Part shown: one piece after another, positions 25,844-32,000 of the stretch | Layout: each line of letters starts with the position of its first letter | Position numbering within the stretch: the first letter of the stretch is position 1 | DNA from: Wolbachia endosymbiont of Drosophila innubila | GTDB taxonomy: Bacteria; Pseudomonadota; Alphaproteobacteria; Rickettsiales; Anaplasmataceae | Assembly: GCF_021378375.1 (NCBI RefSeq) | Contig: NZ_CP076228.1 | Span: 30,001-62,000, forward strand | DNA length: 32,000 nucleotides | Direction of reading: 5' to 3' | Notes under the pieces: model-generated | The model's input: only the letters and a program-made list of their open reading frames with translations | What the model was told of the DNA's origin: nothing | Databases searched by the model: none | Translations under genes and position numbers: made by a program

Positions 25844-27031
25844 ATGGAAAGCAGAGCTAAGGCTTGGTTCATTTGGCTGATTAGTAACTTGGTTGTTATA
25901 TTCAGCAACATGCAGATAATTTATACCTTTATAAGTGTAAATCTCGAAAAGGAACTTGGACTTACAATCGCGCAAGTTGCACTGGCTAATTCAGCATATA
26001 CTTGGACTTTCGCCATCTTACAATTTTTTAGTGGAGCAACGTTTAATGTTTTTTCCAGTAAAAAAATTTATTTTTTCTCGTTATCAACTATGATCTTGGG
26101 GTTTTTTGTCCTTATTAATAGTGACAATTTCTCCCATTTGATTTTGTCTCAAGTGTTGATTGCAACTGGAGCATCATTTGGTTTTATTGGTGCTGCTCAC
26201 ACAAGTAGCATATGTTTTTCCGCTGCCCAATTTGGACTAATGTTTTCACTAGTGCAGACAATTTCAAGCCTTTCTGCTTTGGTAATTCAAATACTGTTCT
26301 CTAACTTGCTTGCCGAAGATGCATATTGGAAAAATCTGATTGTATGCATAATACTATTTGGTGTGTTGATATTTGTACTTACGCTTTTTTGTCCAAACAC
26401 ACTTCCAGAAAGCAGCTCAGAAAAGCGCACAATAAAAAGCTCTATGAAGACAGTAATGTGCTCTATATTAACAGTGCTAAAATTAAGAGATATCTGGATA
26501 ACTTCAGTGGTGGGTGCTATTACTTTTGGAACATTTTTAGCACTTAATACCTTGTGGGCTCCAAGGTTACTGGGCAACTCAGAACTCAATGCAATGGAGT
26601 CAGGTATAGCAACTGCAATACTATGGCTTGGTCTTGCAGTTGGTGCTCCAATTGCAGATCGAATCTCAAACTTATTTAAAAATAGGAAACATGTAATTTC
26701 TGCTTTTGCTTTATTGCAAGGCGTCTCAATTATTATTTTACTATACAGCCATTTAACAGTCCACGTTGTGTACTTTTGTATGTTAATGTTCGGGTTTTTT
26801 GCGGGAGGACATATGCTTAATTTTACTGTCGGCAGCGAGATTGTGAAACGAAAATACATCAGCACATCATCATCCATTATCAATGGATTTATGTTTATTG
26901 GCAGTGGAGTTATAGTGTCAATGTTAGCACTTTTTACAGATCATAAAATGGAACTTTTTGCAATATTTGCGATATTGATAGTTGCCGGTATTTTAAATTA
27001 TGCAACAAAAGAGACATACTCTAAAAAATAA
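25844..27031 (+). CDS. Major facilitator superfamily transporter
   Basis: The 395-aa protein is uniformly hydrophobic with about 12 predicted helices split by a charged central loop (PESSSEKRTIKSSMK). The substrate is unknown. Confidence 0.8.
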   Translation: MESRAKAWFIWLISNLVVIFSNMQIIYTFISVNLEKELGLTIAQVALANSAYTWTFAILQFFSGATFNVFSSKKIYFFSLSTMILGFFVLINSDNFSHLILSQVLIATGASFGFIGAAHTSSICFSAAQFGLMFSLVQTISSLSALVIQILFSNLLAEDAYWKNLIVCIILFGVLIFVLTLFCPNTLPESSSEKRTIKSSMKTVMCSILTVLKLRDIWITSVVGAITFGTFLALNTLWAPRLLGNSELNAMESGIATAILWLGLAVGAPIADRISNLFKNRKHVISAFALLQGVSIIILLYSHLTVHVVYFCMLMFGFFAGGHMLNFTVGSEIVKRKYISTSSSIINGFMFIGSGVIVSMLALFTDHKMELFAIFAILIVAGILNYATKETYSKK

Positions 27032-27091
27032 AGTAGCTGAATCTCGAGTCGATTGCTATATTATATTTACGTATTGTAATATTTATCAATA

Positions 27092-27397
27092 ATGGATCAC
27101 GTTACAACAAAAGACACAACAGTAACTAAGGCAACGATAGCTGGAGATATAAACCAAGAAATAGGATTATCAAAGGAAGACTATGTTTCGATAATAGATG
27201 ATATATTGGACGAAATAAAGACAAGCTTGGTAAAGGATGGAATAGTAAAAATATCGTCATTTGGAACATTCTTGGTTAAGAAAAAGAAGGAAAGACCAGG
27301 AAATATACCAAATACATCGGAGAAAGTGATGATTCAGGCAAGAAATTCAGTTTCTTTTAGGCCTTCAAAAATTATAAAAAAATCAATCAATAATTAA
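27092..27397 (+). CDS. ihfA: integration host factor alpha subunit (HU/IHF family)
   Basis: The segment [77 protein letters not shown] matches the IHF-alpha pattern (GFG.F....K..R.GRNP.TGE...I.AR.V..FRP). Confidence 0.8.
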   Translation: MDHVTTKDTTVTKATIAGDINQEIGLSKEDYVSIIDDILDEIKTSLVKDGIVKISSFGTFLVKKKKERPGNIPNTSEKVMIQARNSVSFRPSKIIKKSINN

Positions 27398-27723
27398 TGA
27401 ACAAGGAAAAATTATTTTATACGATTGGGGAAGTAGCTGAAGAGCTACATTTGGAACAGCATGTTTTGAGATTTTGGGAAGGTCAATTTCATCAAATTAA
27501 GCCTACAAAGCGTAAAGGAAGAAGGCTATATGATCGCAAGTGTATAGAGGCCATAAAGAAAGTAAAATACATGCTATATGATAAAGGATATACAATAAAA
27601 GGAGTGCAAAAAGAATTTGGTAATGATATAAAAGTCACAAAGAATTTGTTGCAAGAACTCACCGATTTGAGGGACTATTTAACTAGTAAAATAAATAACG
27701 AGGAAAGTAACAAGCAGGCGTGA
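27397..27723 (+). CDS. MerR-family transcriptional regulator
   Basis: The N-terminal helix-turn-helix is [25 protein letters not shown]...[38 protein letters not shown]. Its ATG overlaps the ihfA TAA (TAATG), which suggests translational coupling. Confidence 0.82.
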   Translation: MNKEKLFYTIGEVAEELHLEQHVLRFWEGQFHQIKPTKRKGRRLYDRKCIEAIKKVKYMLYDKGYTIKGVQKEFGNDIKVTKNLLQELTDLRDYLTSKINNEESNKQA

Positions 27724-27768
27724 AACACTACGTCTCGCTAAAATTTTGGAGTTTTGTGAGAGTTTAAA

Positions 27769-28365
27769 ATGTGGCATATAGCCTCATTTCTTATGTTATT
27801 AGCAATATTAATAGGCTGTGGCCTGCAAAAACCTGCACCTGTGCTGCTTAAAGGCGAAGAATTTTACGGAAAAAGAGATCTGGAATATACAAGAGAGTAC
27901 CATTTAATTAGGGAGCCTTCAGTGCAAAAAGAAAGTAGAAAAGCCATCATAAATAGGATATACAAAGATAACAATAATACACAAAATGTGGGGGTAAATT
28001 GTAAATTTGTAATGCCAGTTAAAGGTTCAGCTACCTCTTCTGATGAAATGTGTAAGGATGGTATAAAAATTGCTGCTCAAAATGGAACGAACGTAGTTTC
28101 CTCTGCACCAGGCAAAGTGATATATGTAGGCAAAGGGCTGAGATGGTATGGGAATTTAATTATAGTGGAACACAAAGATAATTACATGACTGTGTACTCC
28201 TATTTAAAAAACATACATGTTGAAATTGGCGATAAAGTAAAGCAAGGTCAAGTAATTGGATCTGCAGGTAAATCAAGCACACAAGATAAAGATCCACAGA
28301 TGTGTTTCACAATACGACATAATGGCCAAGCGGTTGATCCTTTGATGCATATGAACTGTAATTGA
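27769..28365 (+). CDS. LytM/M23-domain lipoprotein with degenerate active-site residues (NlpD-like)
   Basis: A lipobox is present (LLAILIGCG). The LytM fold motifs are GIKIAAQNGTNVVSSAPGKVIYVG, YGNLIIVEHKDNYMTVYSYL and GDKVKQGQVIGSAG. The usual HxxxD and HxH metal ligands are not visible at the expected positions (GIKI, YSYL, CFTIRHNG). Confidence 0.78.
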   Translation: MWHIASFLMLLAILIGCGLQKPAPVLLKGEEFYGKRDLEYTREYHLIREPSVQKESRKAIINRIYKDNNNTQNVGVNCKFVMPVKGSATSSDEMCKDGIKIAAQNGTNVVSSAPGKVIYVGKGLRWYGNLIIVEHKDNYMTVYSYLKNIHVEIGDKVKQGQVIGSAGKSSTQDKDPQMCFTIRHNGQAVDPLMHMNCN

Positions 28366-28377
28366 ATTTGGATTTAT

Positions 28378-30894
28378 ATGAAATATGATTTTAAAAGTGT
28401 TGAAAAATTTTATCAAGATAAATGGGATTTTTCTGTAAGCAAGAGTGGTAAACAAGAAAAGTGTTACGTGTTGGAAATGTTTCCATATCCATCTGGTAAA
28501 ATTCATATGGGACACTTACGTAACTATGCAATAGGGGATGTGATAGCGCGTTACAAGAGAGCTAATGGATTTGAGGTTTTGCATCCAATTGGCTGGGATG
28601 CGTTTGGATTACCAGCTGAGAATGCAGCAAGGGATAACAATATTAGCCCCGAAACATGGACAAAAGAGAATATAGATAATATGCGTACACAGTTGAAATC
28701 TATAGGTCTTTCTTATAATTGGGAGCGTGAACTCTCCACATGTGAACCTGACTATTATAAACACGAACAAAAATTTTTCCTGGATTTTTTAAAGCATGGG
28801 CTTGCCTATCGAAAAGAGTCATGGGTTAACTGGGATCCAGTGGACCAAACAGTGCTTGCAAATGAACAGGTGGTTGATGGAAAAGGATGGCGATCAGGTG
28901 CAGTTGTTGAAAAACGTAAGTTGTCCCAATGGTTTTTAAAGATTACTGATTTCGCTGAAGATTTACTCAAGTGCCTGCAAAGTTTGAAAAATTGGCCAGA
29001 AAAAGTCAAAACAATGCAGGAGCGTTGGATAGGAAAATCTGAAGGAGCAACTATAGAGTTTGAAGTAGTTGGCCTGAATAAGAAATTAAAAGTTTTTACA
29101 ACTTATCCTCATACTTTGTTTGGGGCTTCTTTTTGTGCAGTGGCAGCAGAGCATCCTATTGTGCAGGATTTAAAGAATGGTTCTTCTGTTGTCATCCCAG
29201 TGCTTGACACTGGGATCCAGGAAATAAAATCAAAAAGAGAGAACGATGAAAAAATAGGAGTTTACACCGGATTAAACGTCAAACATCCATTTCTTGATAA
29301 GGAATTGCCGCTTTACATAGCGAATTTTGTGTTGATGGAATATGGGGAAGGCGCGATTTTTGGTTGCCCTGCACATGATCAGCGTGACTTTGAATTTGCA
29401 CAGAAATATAATTTGCCGATAATTCCCGTTATTTCTTCAGCCCACTTAGGTGTCATTCCAGCGCGTGACCAGAATTCTTACAATGGATCCCAGTGTCAAG
29501 CTACTCAGATGACAAAGGAGGCGTATACTGGAGACGGGACAATGTTTAACTCCGAATTCTTAAACGGATTAATGGTTAGTGAAGCAAAGGAAGCCATAGT
29601 TAAAAAATTTGAAGAAAAAAAAATAGGCAAAAAAACAATAAACTATCGTTTGCACGATTGGGGAGTTTCAAGGCAGCGTTATTGGGGATGCCCTATACCT
29701 ATCATATATTGCAAAGATTGCGGAACTGTTCCAGTGCCAGAAAAAGACCTTCCTGTAGTTCTACCAATAGATGTAGAATTTACAAGTGGTGGCAATCCGC
29801 TGGATAAGCACCCAACTTGGAAATTTGTTGATTGTCCAAAGTGCGGAAAGCAAGCAGAGCGTGAAACTGATACATTCGACACCTTTTTTGAATCTTCCTG
29901 GTATTTTGCTGCATTCTGTAGTGAAGATAAATCAATAGACAAAGATGCATGTAATCGTTTTATGCCTGTTGATTATTATATAGGTGGGATAGAACATGCA
30001 ATTCTGCATTTGCTTTATTCAAGATTTTTCTGCCGTGCTTTAACCAAATGTGGCTATTTTGATATTAAAGAGCCTTTCTCTACTTTAATCACTCAAGGAA
30101 TGGTCTGCCATGCAACTTATAAAGACGAAAATGGTAAGTGGCTATTTCCCGCAGAAGCAAAAGAATTAATAGCGCGAGGTGCAAAAGTTCAAGTGGGCAA
30201 AGTTGAAAAAATGAGCAAATCGAAAAAGAATACAGTTGACCCAAACTTTATCATAGAAAAGTATGGTGCTGATACTGCTCGCTTGTTTGTGTTGTCCGAC
30301 ACTCCTCCGGAGAAAGATATGGAATGGTCCGATGATGGCGTGGAAGGTTGTTCTCGTTATGTAAATAAATTGTGGCGTATGGTCATGCAGCTAAGACCTG
30401 TAAATATACACTATGATAATGAAAATGTTACGGGTGGACTTCTGGAGTACAGAAAAAAAATTCATAAACTCTTACACGGACTTACAGATGACTTGGAAAA
30501 CTGCAGATTAAACTGTGTAGTGGCAAAATTTCGTGAGATGACGAATTTAATAGCTGAAATAGACGTAAAAACTGGAAAATCTCTTATTGATGAAGGTATA
30601 TGTATATTAATCAGAGTAATCGAACCATTCATACCACATCTAGCTGAAAGCCTATGGCAAGAAATAGGAGGTCAACCTTGGCCAAAAGCTGATGAATCAT
30701 TATTAGTTGACGATACGGTAACTATAGCAGTGCAAATCAATGGAAAATTACGTACAACAATCAAGGTGGCAATTAACTTACCTCAAGAAGAATTGAAGAA
30801 AATAGCGATAGACTCTGTGTCCAGTAAGATCGATCAAAGCAAAGTTCGCACTGTATATGCTGTACCAAATAAGATAGTAAATATAGTTATATAA
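28378..30894 (+). CDS. leuS: leucyl-tRNA synthetase
   Basis: Class I signatures are present: HMGH ([15 protein letters not shown]) and KMSKS ([10 protein letters not shown]). A CP1 editing domain is also present ([17 protein letters not shown]). Confidence 0.97.
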   Translation: MKYDFKSVEKFYQDKWDFSVSKSGKQEKCYVLEMFPYPSGKIHMGHLRNYAIGDVIARYKRANGFEVLHPIGWDAFGLPAENAARDNNISPETWTKENIDNMRTQLKSIGLSYNWERELSTCEPDYYKHEQKFFLDFLKHGLAYRKESWVNWDPVDQTVLANEQVVDGKGWRSGAVVEKRKLSQWFLKITDFAEDLLKCLQSLKNWPEKVKTMQERWIGKSEGATIEFEVVGLNKKLKVFTTYPHTLFGASFCAVAAEHPIVQDLKNGSSVVIPVLDTGIQEIKSKRENDEKIGVYTGLNVKHPFLDKELPLYIANFVLMEYGEGAIFGCPAHDQRDFEFAQKYNLPIIPVISSAHLGVIPARDQNSYNGSQCQATQMTKEAYTGDGTMFNSEFLNGLMVSEAKEAIVKKFEEKKIGKKTINYRLHDWGVSRQRYWGCPIPIIYCKDCGTVPVPEKDLPVVLPIDVEFTSGGNPLDKHPTWKFVDCPKCGKQAERETDTFDTFFESSWYFAAFCSEDKSIDKDACNRFMPVDYYIGGIEHAILHLLYSRFFCRALTKCGYFDIKEPFSTLITQGMVCHATYKDENGKWLFPAEAKELIARGAKVQVGKVEKMSKSKKNTVDPNFIIEKYGADTARLFVLSDTPPEKDMEWSDDGVEGCSRYVNKLWRMVMQLRPVNIHYDNENVTGGLLEYRKKIHKLLHGLTDDLENCRLNCVVAKFREMTNLIAEIDVKTGKSLIDEGICILIRVIEPFIPHLAESLWQEIGGQPWPKADESLLVDDTVTIAVQINGKLRTTIKVAINLPQEELKKIAIDSVSSKIDQSKVRTVYAVPNKIVNIVI
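29189..29220 (+). repeat. Hairpin palindromic repeat unit embedded in frame in leuS
   Basis: The leuS sequence ttgtcatcccagtgcttgacactgggatccag closely matches the intergenic tgtcatcccagtgcccagacactgggatccag at 25470-25501, differing only in the central triplet. It encodes [11 protein letters not shown]. Confidence 0.7.
29449..29520 (+). repeat. Composite (more diverged) hairpin repeat embedded in frame in leuS
   Basis: The segment ggtgtcattccagcgcgtgaccagaattc resembles the reverse complement of 25585-25620 (gacggtgtcattccagtgcttgacactggaatccag). The segment ggatcccagtgtcaagctactcagatgacaaagg resembles 25243-25275 (ggattccagtgtcagctactttcatgacaccc). It encodes [24 protein letters not shown]. 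Confidence 0.6.
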
Positions 30895-31022
30895 AAGACC
30901 TGAGTAGTACGTTTTATATAATCTGATTTTATGGCTATACTTTTTTTGACATGTAGTTATATCTTTTTTAATATAAAGGATATATACTTATGCATTATAT
31001 ATTTTTTTGTATGAGGAGTTAT

Positions 31023-31658
31023 ATGAAAATAAAGAGATTGTGCGTTTTGGCTGTGTTGCTTACTTCATCTCTAGCAGGTGCAGCTAGTAATAGTGCAAGT
31101 AAGTCAGAAGATAAGTACTATGCAGGTTTAAACTTTGGTGCTGGTTGGGGTGGTGGCTTTAAAATGAAACCTGGTGTTGTTCTTGGTTACCATTATGACC
31201 AAAACTCTAAATTTGAACTTGAGGTTCTCAGTAATATTAAGTCATTAAAGAGCATAGGAGCTAGCTTATTGGCAAACTACCGCTTCTATCCTGACCTTGA
31301 TATTGATCCCGTTAAACTATATGTCAGCGGAGGTTTAGGAGGATATCTCCAAATAACACCTTTTGGCTTTGGTGTTAGTGATACAGTTGATGGTGATGGC
31401 AATAGTTCACAAGAAGAAAAAGAAAAGGAAGAAGAAACACAAGGTGCTCCAGAATCAGGTGGTGAAGCTGCTGGTTCATCTGTAGTAGATAAAATACTGA
31501 GTTCTATTTCCTATAAACTAAAGTTAGGTGTTGATTATGAAATTACTCCGCAGATAATTGGTGCAGTTGGTATGACCATGGGTGGGCAACTAAGTGGTAT
31601 AAAAGCAAAACAAATACCAGATGCAACTCTAGAGATAGGGGTACGTTATAATTTTTAA
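31023..31658 (+). CDS. Outer-membrane beta-barrel protein (surface-antigen/porin-like family)
   Basis: AGGAG lies 4 nt upstream of ATG 31023. A signal peptide is present (MKIKRLCVLAVLLTSSLAGAAS). The pattern is alternating and Gly/aromatic-rich (YYAGLNFGAGWGGGF) and the C-terminus is GVRYNF. The track ORF begins earlier, at 30990. Confidence 0.75.
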   Translation: MKIKRLCVLAVLLTSSLAGAASNSASKSEDKYYAGLNFGAGWGGGFKMKPGVVLGYHYDQNSKFELEVLSNIKSLKSIGASLLANYRFYPDLDIDPVKLYVSGGLGGYLQITPFGFGVSDTVDGDGNSSQEEKEKEEETQGAPESGGEAAGSSVVDKILSSISYKLKLGVDYEITPQIIGAVGMTMGGQLSGIKAKQIPDATLEIGVRYNF

Positions 31659-31909
31659 TGCTGCTACTTAGTTCATAAAGGTAGAGACGATGTTGAGGAT
31701 GAAATAAACAGCATTAAAAAAAATCCGAAAACGTATTTTCGAATATGGTTTTGAACGCTAGCTATAGATTAGAAAAATAACAAGAAAAAGGGTAAACATA
31801 CTGTAATTGCTGTTGAATGATGGAGTCCATTATTTTAGCACGAAGTAACGAATTCAGTAGAATAAGTTCTTCAAAAATAATTTAAACTTTTATTAGTAGG
31901 AGCAGTCTC

Positions 31910-32000
31910 ATGGAATATTATAGCGATCTCACTAAAAGAAACTTTTATAAGTATCGTTGATGAGAAAGGAAAAATTGTTAAGGAAGAAGTTGTTGCAAGA
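31910..32000 (+). pseudogene. Possible IS110-family transposase N-terminus (partial at the window edge, apparently frameshifted)
   Basis: AGGAG at 31898-31902 lies 7 nt before ATG 31910. Frame 1 reads MEYYSDLTKRNFYKYR**, whose DLTKRNF resembles the GIDLxKxxF motif. The adjacent frame continues ISIVDEKGKIVKEEVVAR, which resembles the IS110 N-terminal pattern. Only about 30 codons are visible. Confidence 0.3.

Overview
The window is AT-rich and looks like a Wolbachia-type (Rickettsiales) endosymbiont chromosome. That assignment is an inference from gene content, ankyrin genes, hairpin palindromic repeats, ISWpi1-like IS5 copies and group II introns. The housekeeping backbone is intact: dus (partial), serS, purD, prs, gatC, tolB, RNase J, dnaJ, tRNA-Arg(ACG), pepA, an MFS transporter, ihfA, a merR-family gene, a LytM/NlpD-like lipoprotein, leuS and a beta-barrel OMP. 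Three accessory islands interrupt it. (1) 3.99-8.4 kb holds a repeat carrying a consensus promoter, hairpin palindromes, and a gene built from 144-bp (48-aa) tandem repeats. That gene is split by a complete group II intron inserted antisense. (2) 16.4-22.9 kb is a nest of mobile elements. An Rpn/PD-(D/E)XK-like gene is split in the sense orientation by a second group II intron whose IEP is dead and itself carries an IS5-family insertion. Next to it lie a Tn5-like IS4 element without a target-site duplication, an IS66 fragment, and an inverted second copy of the promoter-bearing repeat. (3) 25.2-25.8 kb is a dense field of hairpin repeats, and members of the same family sit in frame inside leuS. 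Candidate host-interaction proteins are a membrane-anchored Ulp1/CE-clan protease homolog with an in-frame stop, an 8-repeat-class ankyrin protein, a membrane protein with an Inc-like bilobed hydrophobic domain and a PPSY motif, and a secreted intradiol-dioxygenase homolog lacking two iron ligands. I saw no CRISPR array, rRNA or prophage structural genes. No similarity search was run, so all calls rest on reading the sequence and the ORF translations.
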